From Marsupella aquatica (taxonomy: Eukaryota; Plantae; Marchantiophyta), in contig OZ316898.1 in assembly GCA_973895155.1 (NCBI GenBank), forward strand, positions 15,840,330 to 15,904,329: a stretch of 64,000 nt of DNA, in the 5' to 3' direction. Below are positions 22,912-37,361 of this stretch, one piece after another. Position numbers and translations under genes: made by a program. Within the stretch, counting starts at the first letter, position 1. Every line of letters starts with the position of its first letter. The notes beneath the pieces were generated by a model, which saw only the letters and a list, made by a program, of their open reading frames with translations, made no database searches and was not told where the DNA came from.

Positions 22912-25900
22912 TTACTTACGGATTCGTCCTCGATATCCGTTTACTACTCCATCAACCGTCATTTCCTGTTCGTTGTTTGTTGTTCGCTCCACAGCTTCCG
23001 TAACTCTTCTCCTTTGATTTTTGAATACTGACCCATTTTCTTGCTTGGAGTTACTGCTGTACGATTTTGCGCCTTCAGCTTCCGGATTTTGGATTTCATG
23101 TCTAGAATGCACTGTTCCTTATCCTCTAATTCTTGAGAAATCTGATCATTCTCATTCCTGAGTTGTTTTACTTCCTCCATTCTCCCTTCGTTGCCTGGTC
23201 GCTGAGCCTTCGCTTGCACTAGTTGTGCTTCTAATTCTGCAATTCACTCGTTCGCTATGTGCAACTGCTTACTCAATTGGTCAATTTTGGTGTTGAACGC
23301 TTCCTTGTGTACCCCTAGCATTACATCTGCTGGCAGAGTTGTACCCATGTTTTGACGGAGTTGGGAATCTAATTCTTCCCATTTCAACTTTATCTCCTTG
23401 ACCTCCTTTCGCTCTTTTTCCCACTTGCTGGCTTCTTTTCGATGCTTACCCACTGTATCCTTGAGTTGCATCTGTAATTTCTTAACCTCTTTTAAGGACT
23501 CCGCATTCGCTTCGGATTGCAACTGTGCTTTGCGGTTCTCCATCTTCTCTACTTCAATCGCTGCCCTAATCGCTGTGGTCACACCTTTGTAGTTTACCGT
23601 CAAGCCTCCCGTTTGGAATGTTCCCATGCCTAAAAACTTTGCCAGTGATTCTATGGCGGTTTCTTCGTGCCTCCATCCTCGTTCGATAGTTGCAATATTG
23701 TCCTCTTTCTTTTGTAGTCTCTCTACTTCCATTGACAGCTTCTCCATAATCTGCTGATTCTCCAATGTTTTCTTCTCTAGCTCTTCTGCCTTTGCATTTG
23801 CTGCAATAAATTCCTGTTCTCTACCGTTCTAGAATGTTGGTCCAGTGCGTTGCTCATCCCTTGGTAGATTGCTACCCGCCAAATGATCTGTCCCGTCATG
23901 GTGGTGAAGATGCTGCTTCTTCTAATGTTTTTGATCTCTTCTCTCAGCTTCTCGATCCCAATTACACTTTGTACCGTCTGTACCTCAGGTGTGGAACAAG
24001 TTTCTATGATCGCGTATCTAATGTCGGTATCATCTATGGCCTCGGGACTGCTTTTTTCCAAGTTTGTACCTTTTACTCTCCAGTTTCTATCATTGAAGAA
24101 TTTACCCCACGTTTCTTCCTTCTCCTCTTGGTTTCCCTCCGTTGATTTATGTTTGGCTGCTTCTATGATTTGCTTCTTCCCATTCCCAAGCTGCTTCATT
24201 TGGGATCCTTCTCCACCCCTGGTTGTTTCCTCTTCTATAGTTGCACTCTTGCGCTTTCGGTCATCAGTCGTGCTTGGTTTCTCCATCATTAGCTGAGGTT
24301 TACTCCTCTATACCTGTGTGGTCATCCTCTTTAGCTGCTCCCCGATTAGAACCTAAAAATGTGACTCAATTTCTGCTGGTAGATAGCTTCTGGTTGTGAT
24401 AAGTTTCTTCGCTTGTTTAAGTGCTGAATGAAAGCCCTCGTGGAAAAACAACGCCCAATTCTTCTGTTTCCCATCGCCTTCCTCCACGATCTTTATCATG
24501 AACCATGGGTACTCCAACCTTGGCCGCTTCTAGTGCAAAGCATGAGTCACGAACTCTAATCTTTCCTTGATCTTATCATCGGTGCACTGTCGCGTCTGGT
24601 AGCCTCTGGTATCATCCACTTCTTTGTGTTGGGGAAACGAAGTTGGCTGCCATGTTTTCCCCATCCTTTTCTTGATTTTGGCTCCTCTGGTTGGCAACTT
24701 GAATAGTTCTTGCAGCGTTCCCTGGTCAGTCTTGATTGGTTTCCCCTGCAGTGCCCCTGATTTCCTGAAGCCGTCCATGTGTTTATGAACTTGTTCTAAT
24801 CTTTTGATCCCAGATCGGTGGTCGTTGCCCATTCCGAGTATACAAACTCTTCGAGTCCTTGATTTCTCAAGAACTGTTTATGACTATCACTCCTCATGTT
24901 CTCCAGTATGTGTGCTTCCATCCCTTCGAACTTGAGTACATGCTTCCTCGTGTTGCAATCTTTCTTTACTTGCTTTTTGTTTCCACGCTTCGCAACCAAT
25001 TCCTCTTCTTCCTTTGTAGACTCCTCTTCAGTTCCCTCTTCCTCTGATTCGATTACTTGACTCCGCGCTTTACCCTTAATTGTTTTGGCTTGCCTCAACC
25101 CTAACCTCTTGGAAATTGTCGTTTCGACGTTGGGTGGTGTGTCTTTGCTGACTGCCACGATCTCGACATCTACATCTGCTCCTTCGATCAAGTCCTCTCT
25201 CTCAGCCTCTGGTTCCAATCCCTCCACCTTTTGTTTCTCCTTGTTACTCGTTAATAGTTTCTCATCCATACCATCTGATTCTTCTTCATCATCTCCTTCC
25301 TGTGATTCGACTCGCTTTCCTTCCCTTAAAAGTATTTTTTGTTGTAGGATCGCTTCTTGCAAGTCTACAGACTGGTCCTCCTGTATCGGTGTTGCTTCCT
25401 CCAATACTTGCTCCTCCGGTTCTTGTTCTTCAGTCAGTTTCTCCCCTTCTTCGTAACCCTCTGTCTCTTCCATCCCTGTGGAACACTCCCCTTCCTTGCG
25501 TTCCATAGCTTCTGCACCGAAATCTTCTTGTGAGTTACTTCCTTCCATTGCTGGCGTCTCCAATAATTCAGCCACTGTCAACTTCTTCCGAGGGTTATTG
25601 TCTCCAAACGATCCTGACCTCTTCAACGTGATCATCTTCATTTTCACTGGTAACGAATAACGATTAGTGTCAACTCTAGTCCACTTGAACTTCAGCTCTC
25701 TCTGATACCCACTCCACTCCGCTATTGCTCTCAACTTCCTAGCTAGGCGTAAGTAAGGTCTCTGATTTAGTAATGCTCTTATAGTTGTCAAGGTCTCACT
25801 CCTCTTCCCTTTCGCCCAACTTCCGTGCGTCTTCAACAAAACATGCAACTTCCCCGTTAAGTGATTCTCAATACAGGGAATGGCATTGTGTTTGAGTACG

Positions 25901-26001
25901 GTATCTGTGGCTATCCATGTTGAAGTATACCCGTTTGTGCAGCCTATAACCACCGCTTGATAAGGAAACAACTTTCTTCCCGCCAATTGGTCGCTAAACA
26001 C
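22912..26001 (-). pseudogene. Gypsy extra ORF 3' of pol (acidic region, PMD-like domain, coiled coil), fragmented
   Basis: Chain of ORFs 24796..26001, 24530..24832, 23777..24289, 23244..23765, 22959..23219; QGLEEFVYSEW..LQGKPIKTDQGTLQELFKLP resembles the domain in 7227..10148. Confidence 0.7.
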
Positions 26002-26305
26002 CTCCAGTCATTAACATGAAAAATCTCAGACAAATCCTCTTTAGATAGTGTAATCGACTATATCTGATACGGTTTGATTAAGGTTTTTAAACCCAATGTC
26101 GGCTCATTTATGTACCTTACCACTTCCTCGTTTGTTTCATCCGATTTCTTTCCCGTTAATCGTCGTGTCTCTTCATATGATCGTAACCATTCTGCAATTC
26201 GTGCTGTCATACCCTTTGCCTTCCTTTCGTGTGATAGCTTCCTTTCCTATTTCTGTCCTTTACCTCTTGATTAGTGATAGTCACGCTAGAAACCATACGA
26301 TTACT

Positions 26306-27431
26306 TCATTCGTCCTTTTGTCGTTTTGTGAAGGAACCTTCTGCCTTATCTTTGGAATAACCCGTAGAATCAATTGTGATGATTAATGTTTGTACAATTT
26401 CCCTGTCGTCCTCCTCATCGTGATTATTGACGACATCTTCCACCTCTCTTAAGTGAACATCATTCCGAACGTGATATGACTTGAGCTTGTTTCCGTTTAC
26501 CAGCTGTCGCTCGCTTCCGTCCTGACTAGTGATATCGAAAGTTCCATTTCCCCATACCTTGTGTACAATAAATGGTCCCTCCCACTTAAGTTTTAATTTT
26601 CCTTTCTTTATACGAGCCCTTTTCTTACACCACAACACTAATTCTCCTTCAGAGAATATTGTGACATCTCTCTGTTCATCTATCCGTCTTTTTCGCTGCC
26701 CTTGTACATGTTCCAGATGTTCTTCTACGTTTCTTCTCTTCTTTGTAAGCTCCATCAACTCTCTTAGTTGTTGGGTTAAACTTGGATTTTTGTTAATATC
26801 ATAATCTGTAGCCACTTGTAGACTTGGTAATTCATATTTTGATGGCATCCGAGCTTCTACTCCGAACATAAGTTGAAATGGAGAGTGTCCTGTGGTTACT
26901 TTATATGCTGTACGAAATGCCCATACGGCTTCTGGTAGTTGTATATCCCAGTCGTTTTGCTGCTCATTAATCACTTTTCTTAAAACATTTAGTAGAACTT
27001 TGTTCATAGATTCTGCTTGCCCGTTGCACTGTGGATAATAAGGGGTTGAAAACCGATGGTTGATATGATAATTTTCCGTTAATTCCTTAATAGTGTTATT
27101 CAGAAAATGCGTACCTTGATCGCTTACTAACTCTCCGGGTAATCCATACCTTGTAATGATATTTTGATATAAAAACTTTGCAGTCACCTTGGCTGTATTT
27201 TTGCGAGTTGTTATTGCTTCCACCCATTTAGTGGTGTATTCCGTTGCTGCTAAAATGTAATGATTTTGGTTGAACCTGGAAGGTGGTGTTATCGGCCCAA
27301 TAAAGTCTAATCCCCATTTCTAGAAAATATAAGGAGCAATAATAGGCCTGAACTCCATACTCTCTTTGATCGGCCCTGTATGTTCCTAAACGAATTCCCG
27401 GGTATCCTTCTGCATTGTTCTCCACCATCAT
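26306..27431 (-). pseudogene. Gypsy integrase
   Basis: IITRYGLPGELVSDQGTHF, STPYYPQCNGQAE, SPFQLMFG, WEGPF; no chromodomain. Confidence 0.95.
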
Positions 27432-28728
27432 CCTTGTTGCAATATCTTCCTCGATGTGATCTCTGCACCAAAGTGACCTCCTAAACCTTCGTGAGCAGTT
27501 ACTAATGCTTCCTGCTTCTCGTCTTCAGGTACTACTCTTCTGAGTATGTCATCGGGCCCTTTGTAATAAAGTGTATGATTAATCAAAGTGTAAGGCTTAG
27601 CCTTATATGCATATATTTTCCATTCCTTACTGGATAATCCTTCTAGGAACTCAGCTATTCGTAAATATCTCTCTAAATTGGTTCCATCATCCAGAGTAAC
27701 CAATTTTATCAGGTAATTTTCCCTTTCTTCTTGGAATAATCCCATGTCAGGTAGTTGATCATCTTCTACAGTGGATACTTCCCCTGATTCTAGTCTACTT
27801 AAATAATCTGGTATAACATGTGTTTTTCCTGGTTTGTAAATAATTGTGTAATCAAACTCTGCCAATAAAAGAATCCATCTGGCTATTCTTCTTGATAATT
27901 GAGGTTTGTTTACTAAGTTCACCAGAGCGTTCTGGTCTAGGAAGAATACAAAACGGTTCCCTAACAAGTAGTGTATGAATTTCTTCACAGCAAAAATCAT
28001 AGCCAATGCTTCCCTCTCAGTGGTGGTATAATTCTTTTCATGCACATTCAATAATCTACTTGCATAGTAAACAGGTAAATCTATACCCTGTTCTCCGGTT
28101 TGCACTAATACTGCTCCAACTGCCACCAATGATGCGTCGGTGTGCACATGGAACTCCTTCTTCCAATCTGGTTCTTTAAGTATTGGCGTGTGACACAGCC
28201 GCTCCTTGATTTCCTCAAAAACCTTTTGACAGTCGTCGTCCCAATTGAAAGTTTGATGATTACCCATTAATCGCGCTAGAGGAGCGCTGATTTGCGAGTA
28301 ACCCTTGATGTATCGTCGATAGAAAGCTCCACTCCCTAAGAACCTTCTCACTTGCGTTGCACTTGTGGGCACTGGCATTTCTTTTATAATCTTAATTTTG
28401 TCAGGATCCACTAATAGACCTTGTTTGCATACGATATGACCCAATATTTTCCCTGATGGTACAAAAAATGTACATTTGTCTGGATTTAAACTGACCCCTC
28501 CTTCTCTACATCTTAACAGACATAATCTTAGATGGTTAATGTGTTGTTCTTCCTCCCCATAGATTGTAAAGTCATCAAGAAAGATCTGCATGAACTGATT
28601 TAAGTATTCATGGAACAGCATCATCATAAGCCTTTGAAATGTGCTGGGCCCATTACATAACCCAAAAGGTAATACTAAGCATTGGAACGCACCCCATTCC
28701 GTAATAAACGTTGTTAATTCTCTAGCTT
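27428..28728 (-). pseudogene. Gypsy RT (C-terminal part) and RNase H
   Basis: PFGLCNGPSTFQR, FLDD, HVHTDAS, NYTTTEREALA; the N-terminal part of RT resumes at 33996. Confidence 0.95.
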
Positions 28729-29420
28729 TCGAGATGATTTTGAGGGAGAACTGTGAGAACTGTGAGAACTGGCGGAACTGACATAGGGCCTATGAGACTT
28801 CGGTAGATATTTTGAGACTAGGGGTAACAATTGAAAAGGTTTACTTTGCGCTATTGGATTGCTCTTGTTTTTGAGAGCATTTTACTATATAGGAAGTGAC
28901 ATTTGAGTGGAGGAGTCGGGACTCATGGAGGAGGAAGGTAAACATACTTAGGGCTGCAACTTACAGGAGAAATTAGAGTTTGTTGTGCTTAAGGAGATTT
29001 AGTTTGTACATGCTCTACCCTCGCAAAGGCTCTGTAGGAGAGTTGAAGATTAACAAGTGGATTAGGCTTTGATGCGGAGTAAGAAACTGATGATCCAGAT
29101 TATGCAATTGAGAGGTAAATGGGAAGAAGTAAAATCTTGTCTCTACCTTTAGGATAGTTAGAGAGTACAGTAAGGTTCTGACGCAAGAGTGAAACCCTCA
29201 CTTTCGACGATAGTTACGTAACACGCCCACTAGGACGGATGGAAGGGATCACCTGGTGAGCTCTAGCCCTTTGATCTTTGTTTGTATCAATTTTTACACT
29301 TCTGACGATCTATTGAATATCCTGCGCTTTGAGGAGAGAGGAAAAGAACATTGCTAGTATCGCGCGAGTAAAGAATAGGATCATTGCTCTTGGGATCTTA
29401 CAGTGTAGTAGAGTCTCAAA

Positions 29421-31260
29421 ATGGCACGGAATGGACCTTTTACCCCGCGCATGGAGGGCAGGGGAGGGGGACCGGCAGCATTACGCGCAGAGAGAGAACG
29501 TCAAGATGTTGAAGGCAGTGCTGGGTACTGGTCATATTCGGGCGATGGCGCGTCAACTCTTCTAAGAAGGGCAAGGAACATGAAAAGACCCAACTTGGTG
29601 CACCTTCGAGAGGTGCTTTTTCAGGACAGGATGTCCGTTCCAGATATACCTCGCAACCAGATGTTGCGCTACAGGGAAACAACAAGCCTAGCTGGTATGG
29701 ACTCAAGACATCAGGAATGGGATCAGGCGGCTTTTCGAGATGGGACTCTCACATAACCCGCGATCAGTTGATGATGGACGAATTAGAAGGGAGAAAGGAA
29801 CCATCTGTTAGAGAGCAATTTCAGGATGACATAGGGGAAAGATTGGAGAATGGGAGCAAAACCTTTGGGGTGGGAGAAAATGCTATTCCTTCAATTGACA
29901 TTTCGCACAATGAGGCGGAAGCATCGTGTGCTGCTAGGTCGGCGGAGATTGCCGCTTGCATCCCAATCTTGAGAAGAATTTCTGACCTGTCCATTCAGGA
30001 TTGGCCATCAAAGCTACACACGACAATATAGTGGTCATTGGATGAAGCAGCAGAAACGGTTACTGAGCTTTTCAATTGCACTATGATGTGCTACTTTACT
30101 GATCGCGCACCTATGTTACCGACTTTCAAATTTTGGGTAAACAAGACCTTTGTGAATGAGATGAATTGGCCGGTCACTCAAGTAAAGTTTGTAGGCAAGA
30201 GTTTCTACATGGTCACTTTCCGAAATCCTGAACATAGGGATTTCGCTTTGGCAGGTGCTCCATGGTTCCTTGACAGAACATTCGTGTTCACTTTCCCATG
30301 GGACCCGTCTTTTGACATCAGAAGTGAATCATATACTATGCTGCCGGTCTGGATCAAAATTCCCTTTCGTGCATTGATTTTAGAACCCTGTCATCGGAAG
30401 CTGGCTGCTTCTTTGGGGGATATCCTGCATTATATCCAGGGTGACCATCTTAGCTCTTATCCACATGACCATGCATGTGTATTATGGGATACCCAACGAG
30501 AAGTACCACTGAGTGTGGAGGTGCAGATTCAATCTGGCTTATCTATCTGGCAACCAGTAATTTTCAAAAACATCCCCTTCCATTGCTTCCGATGTGGGAA
30601 GAAAGGACATCTGGCTTGGGATTGTTCACCCCAAGTTGATGCTAATCTGCCAAAAGCTACGAGCACTACGGAAACTTACCATGAACCTCAACCTATGGGT
30701 GTTCCTGAGGAGGGAACACGCATCCTGCTGAGCTCTCTGCCAACCTGAATGGGATTCAGGAAGCCGCTGCCTGTGAGGTCCCACTAACGGAACCCCCTAC
30801 CCAAGAAGAAGCTTCTACTGTAAGGGAAGAAGTGCCTAGTGGCCCTATACTATTCGGCGATTTTGTTAAGAAGGAACGGAATCAACAACCTGTCACAACG
30901 ACCAGAGAATGGGAAGAACCCCCTGGTGAAATCCCGGGAGAAACCTCTACCATTGTCCTTACTGAGGTTGATGTGATTCCTTGGGTTATTCAGGACTTAC
31001 AGGGAATGAACAACTCACAATACTTACAATGGGAAAATGCAAGCATTGTCAACCCCCCCATGGTGGATCCTAATTTGGAGGTTTTGAATAAAATTGAACT
31101 AATTATGACCAAAGAACCAGTGGTTACTTCTGAAGAGGGAGATGGTGAACCAATTTCCGCATCGGACCCCCCTTCGAACATGGAGATGTCAGAATACGAG
31201 GGCTTTATTTCAAGAACAGAAATGAAGAGAGAACGGGCTAGAAAATTAGCAAGGAGATCG
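29421..31260 (+). pseudogene. L1 ORF1, fragmented
   Basis: APWFLDRTFVFTFPWDPSF..LPVWIKIP..CFRCGKKGHLAWDC. Confidence 0.85.
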
Positions 31261-31289
31261 CTAGAAAGTGCGATTTTTGGAGGACCGGT

Positions 31290-33670
31290 AACATCGCTTT
31301 TGGAATCAAGGAGGGAGTGATCTGGTTCATTCCCAAGAAAACTGACAAAAGAAGATTGGGAGATTGGAGAGGGTTAACATGCTCACAACTACATACAAGG
31401 TGATCGCTAAGTTACTTGCTCTACGACTCAAGATATTGCTACCTAGATTGATTAGTCCACAGCAGACAGGATTCATCCTAGGGCGACACATTTTGGAAAA
31501 TATTTCCCTTACCTGGCTAGTAAGCGACTGGATTAATCTTACGCAAACTCCCACTCTATTTCTAAAACTCGATTTCAAAAAGGCCTTTGATAGGGTAGAT
31601 CATTCCTATATCTGGGAGACGATGAACTTACTAGGAATTGGGTCTCATTTCATCTTTTTGGTTCGATCTTTACTTAGCAATGGACTATCCAAAGCGTTAG
31701 TGAATGGATTGTGGACGGAGGAAATTGGTATGAGCAGGGGTGTGAGACAGGGATGCCCTCTCTCCCCGTTGCTGTTCGCTATTTCCACGCAGCCATTTAT
31801 GGATTTTTGTAATGCAGAGATTGCTGCTGGTAGATTGCAGGGTCTTAGGATTAATTCTTCTCTACACATATGCTTTAGATTGTTTGCGGATGATGTAGGA
31901 TTGTTCATCCCAGCCACTTCTGAAGCTTTTGACCAGGTGAAGGAGGCGATTAGTTGTTACAAAACGGCCTCAGGAGCCAGACTGAATCTGAAAAACTCTG
32001 TGATTATCCCATTTGCTTTGGAGATGATTCCGGAGTGGCTTAGAAATACCGGATGCAAAATTAGCAAAAAAGGTATGGTGCAGCGCTACCTCGGAGCACC
32101 CTTTGGAGTGGACCTGTTGGAAGCACAGCTGCATAAATTTTGTCTAGATAAAATTGGGGCGAGGCTATCATCGTGGTCCACCAGATTTTTATCGTTCACG
32201 AGACGTTTACTGCTGATAAAACACGTCTTACAGGCTATTCCAATTTATCACATGATGTTTATACAATCATCAGGGGAGCTAGCTAAGAAGATGACGATTC
32301 TGAATAGAACTTTTCTATGGGGAAGTAACCAGCTCGGAGGACGCCGAATACCATTGGTGGCGTGGGAGAAGATGACACGACCTAAACTAGAGGGGGGACT
32401 TGGATTGAAGGAATTTAGAAGTCATTTTGATGCTCTGCTGTGCAAATGGTTTACTGGGGCAATGGATGACCCAAATTCTGAATGGGCCAAAATGTATGCG
32501 GCAAATCTCAGGCTGACGAAGTGGCAAAATTACAAGACTGTGAGGAGGAATTACTATTCCATGATGGATCTGCTACTACTGAGTACCCCAAGATCTTTTG
32601 GTAAATTGGCATATACTGGAAAGCTTTCGGGTGCATGGGCAAAGGTACAAGAATACTTGATTTTTTGCCCTGGCACAGGCTCTATTCCAGGGAATTGGGG
32701 CATTGAAGACACGATACGCTGCTTGCACGGTTTTTACCATCTGCCCGAGAAGGATATCACAGAGATTGTCCAAATCTTTGGCCGATTGGGAATTCGGACC
32801 ACACAGGACCTCTGGTTTACAGTGGACAATAGATGGAAAGACATGTCAGGAAATTACAGAGATTGAGAGGATTCACCATCACTGGCCAAGCACACAGCGC
32901 ATTACTTCTGCGAAATCTTACTGAAGCCAGGATTGGAAGCAGTGCACCACTGGCGGATGCCTGCCTTTGGAGATGGACAGATTTAGCTGCAAGGATGAGG
33001 AATTTCAGATTATCCAATATGAGAGTATATGAGATGCTACGACCCAAGGGCACGGACTCGGATCGATTAAACCGAATATGGAGAGAAGCACTTACAGAGG
33101 TGGAGTGGAGAGGCATTTGGAAAGTGTTGTGGAGATCTAACCTTTCTATGAGAGCAAAAGTTTTCATTTGGCGCGTTCTAGCACAAGGATTATTCTCGGA
33201 ATCAAGGGCTTTGAAGATTGGGAAATCTAATGGTCACTGTCTGCTCTGTGACAACATGTTAGAAACCATCCCGCATCTATTTTGTCACTGCCGTCATGCA
33301 CAATGCTGTTGGATTGAAGCTAAAACTTAGATGAACGGGGATCTCATTGACACCTATCTGAGTATCATTGGGCTGCTGAGATCTTTTCAAGGTTGCACAC
33401 CGCTACACTCACTCAAGGCCTTTATAATTTACCAGATTTTATGGAGCATTTGGCTTGCTAGGAACATTCAAACCTTTGATTTGGCACAACGACGAGTTTT
33501 TGATCAACTACAAGTCATTTCAGACACAATGGATCATCTGGCTGCCATTATTGTAGCTGCCATCCCCACCTCTGACAGGAAAAGGAGTTGACTACACGTT
33601 GCATCTGAAATGCTGAGAGAGGAACGCACAAGGCTGGTTAGGTCTGGAGTTAGAAGGCTGATAACTCGAT
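31290..33670 (+). pseudogene. L1 ORF2 remnant (RT and zf-RVT; endonuclease missing)
   Basis: LDFKKAFD, GVRQGCPLSP, LFADD, CLLC..ETIPHLFCHC; frameshift near 32850 and in-frame stops. Confidence 0.92.
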
Positions 33671-34377
33671 AGGGGTTAGGAAGTCTTAAGGTTCTTTGAG
33701 GATTTGCTTTTAGCTATGGACTTGCTATGAAAACCAAGTAGAAGCCCATTGAATGCTAGGTGGAAAGGACATCTGACTGATCCTTCTCCTGGACTTTAAC
33801 TGTAGATTGAAATCTAAGGATTCTTACCAAGGTGCTGTTAGTTTGACTTAGGGTTTTGTGGAAATCTTTACTGCCCTTGGGGCTCTTCTTGCCTTTGGGG
33901 CCTGTTGGTTTCCCTCTCCGTGGGGTTCAAGCGGAATAAACAAAGTTAAAAAATTAAAAATTAAAAATTAAAAAAAATTAAAAATTCTCTAGCTTCCGAA
34001 GCTAATCATACCTGACTGTACCCACTCTAACCATCCAGAAATGAATATGCCAATTTCCCCGCTACGACGTCTAATACTGCTTCAAGAAAAGGTACAAGAA
34101 ATGGATCTTTAATCGTTGCTGCATTTAGCTTGCAGAAATCAATGCATACCCTGAGTTTCCCATGTAGAGTAGTAAGTTGCTGTTTGATTTCCTGCGTCAG
34201 TTGCTTCCCGATTTTGACCTCTCAAGGTTTTTCATTGTCACCCAAATTCAACCTTTTGAGTATGTTCTTCTTCAGTGGCACTCCAGCTGGTGACTTTTTC
34301 TGGAATATTTTTCAAAGTCGTGGAAGCTTCTTCTTCTACTAGAGAGCAATCTCGAATGCCTTGTGGGTTAATGTGAT

Positions 34378-35010
34378 TCAATAACTTCTCAAATCATGAT
34401 CCATTTTCTCTCTGGTCATCCCTTGTATGTCGTCCAATTTTACCACTTCCACTTCACTAATTGGTATTAAGTCAGGACGACATTTCATATAAGTTTCTTC
34501 TTCCTCTTCATTCAACCCTTCAGCCCAATTAAGTGTACATACCCTAGCCATGGGCGGTGTGCTATCATCGATGGCTTTGGTATGAATCTTGAATATTTCT
34601 CCATGATGTTCAATTTTAATATAATCTTTGTCTTCACCCCAGTGTTGCTTAACCTTGGCCTGCCGTAGCCGTGGCCGTCCCAACAGCATTGGTTGCCCCA
34701 TGGTAGAATCTGCGTCCCTCAGAACTACTACGCCCAGATTATACTTAATACCTAAGATTAACATAGGTAAGTCTGGCACATAGCCTAGTGGGTGACAACT
34801 GCTCTGATCAGCCATTACTAAATTAAAAGGTGCTGGTAATAATTTCACTTTTCCCAACATTCTATACGTCTGTTCACTCATAAGATTCATTGCAAATCCT
34901 CCATCCAATAGAACATTCTTCAATTTGATTCCCTTTACACTTATTTGGACTACTGCTCCTTTATCGATTAAAGAAATTTTTCGTGCTTGATATAAAGGTA
35001 CTCCTGGCAA
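34378..35010 (-). pseudogene. Gypsy aspartic protease
   Basis: NVLLDGGFAMNLM..MADQS..MLLGRP. Confidence 0.88.
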
Positions 35011-35247
35011 TGTTTCGGGGTTGTTTTACCCTCCAGCAGCTTTCTTAACACTACTTCCTTGCATTGTGGTGCTAATTGAAATAGTTCTTCTATAGTAAGA
35101 TCTACCTGTGTTTTCGATATAAGCTGCACTAGCTTGTCAGCCATCCTTTTGCTTGCTTCTTTGGGCGTTGTTGGTAGATTGTCATTATCACACGATTGAT
35201 CCAAGTTTAAATCGCGAATCGGTTCTTGTTCTTCCAAAATCTTGGTT

Positions 35248-36579
35248 TCAACCTCCATAGGGTTCAAAACGTGTTAATCGTCCTGGTTGATGTAATACCT
35301 CATTTTGCTGTTCTTGACGAATCCTGTCGGCCACATTGTGTGTCGTTGTATCCATATGCTGCCAATCAAAAACGGCCTCATTCCCGGTCGGAAGGTCTTC
35401 TGGCGCCGACTCTCCAAGCTGTCCTTGAGATCTGGTCACCACATAAGCCGCTACCTTTACTGTGTTTACCGGTGCTGGTGGTTTTGCTGCAACTTCTTCC
35501 TTTTCCTTCATGTGTTTCATCCACAATTTGCAATCTGGACCTCTTATGTGTCCTGTCAGTCGACAGTAAAAACAAATAGGGGGATATTTGACTCCCCCCT
35601 CTTTATACGGTCTCCGGTTAAGATTTTTGTGAGGATTGTAGTAACCTTGGCTAGCCTGTATACGATCTCCCTCTTGTTTACTTGTTCCTACATGATTGAA
35701 TTCCACGTTTGTTCTTTTCTTAAAGGGATTTTGGTTACATTCTTGAGTGGTATGCCCTGGCCTCATGTGGATTTCGCAAAATTTCCGGTTACTATTCTCA
35801 TTCCGTTCTCTATTTTCCTGTCATTCCTTAATCTCTTTGCTTTCAATTTTAGCTGTTTCCGCCTTACGGCTCACTTTTTCCTCATCTTTACTACTTTTAT
35901 TTTTCTCCTGATTCAACATTTGAGTGATGCCTTCTAATTGTATTAATCTCTTTTCATACTCATATGGATTAGAAGTAGGATTTTGTTCTACCACGGTTAC
36001 TAGACTTCCCTTTACTGCTTTCCTCATCCAACTAATCCTTTGACCATCTGAGGGTTTGTTTGTTAATCGTCTCATAGTTACTTTTAATCGTCCGATATAA
36101 TTTTGCACCGGTTCACCCTTCTTTTGTGTCATGTTCTGTAGTATACTGTAAAGATCTGACTCTTCTTTTGCTCTCCTATAATGATCTAGAAACTCTTTTG
36201 CAAAATCAAGCCAGGTTTTAAAGTGATCAGCGGGAAATTGTGTGTACCATACAAATGCTTCCTTGTCCAAAGAACTCGGAAATAGCTCTAATCATGCTGT
36301 ATTGTTCTGCTCATGATTAGCTCTGAGCATCTCCTCAAACCGAGCCAAATGTGTATTTGCATCCTCGTCCGATGCTCCTTTAAAAGTTGGTATTTTAACT
36401 CGCCGTGTCGCAGTTGGCACTATTCTCCAGTTACTTCCGCCTGCAGGTTGAATCTTAAGTCGCTCCATTGTATCTTCTATAACTTGCTCTTCTCTCTCTT
36501 GTGCTCTAGATGTTTCGATTCTGTCATCGATTTCTACTCTTGGCCTACTTTCTTGAAAGGCTTCAAATTCACTTTCCAT
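35248..36579 (-). pseudogene. Gypsy gag with two zinc knuckles, fragmented
   Basis: VKIPTFKG..EDANTHLARFE; AFVWY..TWLDFAKEFL..MTQKKGEPVQNY; CEI..RPGHTTQEC and CFYCRLTGHIRGPDC. Confidence 0.88.
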
Positions 36580-36935
36580 TTCTTCTTCTCAAATTGGTGT
36601 TTTACCCATCTATCAATCGTACTTAATCAAGATCGATCAACCATCATTCACAAAATTCAAGGTAAAGTCATTTCCAAAATTTGTTGTAATTGAATAATAA
36701 TCCGTGTTCTCAGTACATACAGGATTGATACCATCTCCTTTACTTAACTAAGACTATGTGCTCCATTGGAACAACATCTATTTGCTAATTGTGGGTGTAT
36801 AGTCCTCCGGAGTCATCAACTCCATCTCGAAGCACATCGTTAGCAGCTGTGCTCACAAATAATATTGGAAACTATCCTCCTTGCACCATAACATACAACT
36901 TTTGCAAGCTCCTGTATTCTCTTTAAGCTTTATAC

Positions 36936-37361
36936 TCAGCCGTCTATAATCCTACCAATTTGAAGTGCGATTGCTACTGCATACTCATTGCGATTCCACC
37001 GACACCACTCCAACACTTTCTTTAACTCAACTTTCTTCTTTGGAAGTCGACTTTGTATGCAGCACTTCGGCATATTGTTACTGGGCACCATTATCACTGC
37101 TGTTGAAGGGGCCTTGTGTGGACTGAGCCAAGGATGTGTTGCGCGTTTGCAAACTCCCCACACTCCGTTACGTGCTTCTCGTATCACCAGTTCGGTATGC
37201 ATCGCGGTGGTATGCACGATCAGTATGACATCTCCTCTTTCAGCGTTGTTTTCTCCGCTTATCAAGTTCTTGTATTCCTCTTCATTCAACGTCGTAATAA
37301 TGGGCAGCTCCGCATCTTCATCAAAATAGAATAATGTCCAAAATTCTTTCCTCTCACTCAT
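36936..37361 (-). CDS. Unknown 141-aa ORF upstream of gag (possible 5' extra ORF)
   Basis: ATG-initiated, natural-looking composition, same strand as gag; no motif recognised. Confidence 0.35.
   Translation of the reverse strand: MSERKEFWTLFYFDEDAELPIITTLNEEEYKNLISGENNAERGDVILIVHTTAMHTELVIREARNGVWGVCKRATHPWLSPHKAPSTAVIMVPSNNMPKCCIQSRLPKKKVELKKVLEWCRWNRNEYAVAIALQIGRIIDG

Larger units (their letters stand above)
28729..33982 (+). mobile_element. L1-clade LINE inserted in the gypsy RT, with internal deletion of the endonuclease
   Basis: 13-bp TSD AATTCTCTAGCTT at 28716-28728 and 33983-33995; AATAAA and patterned A-tail at ~33935-33982. Confidence 0.93.
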
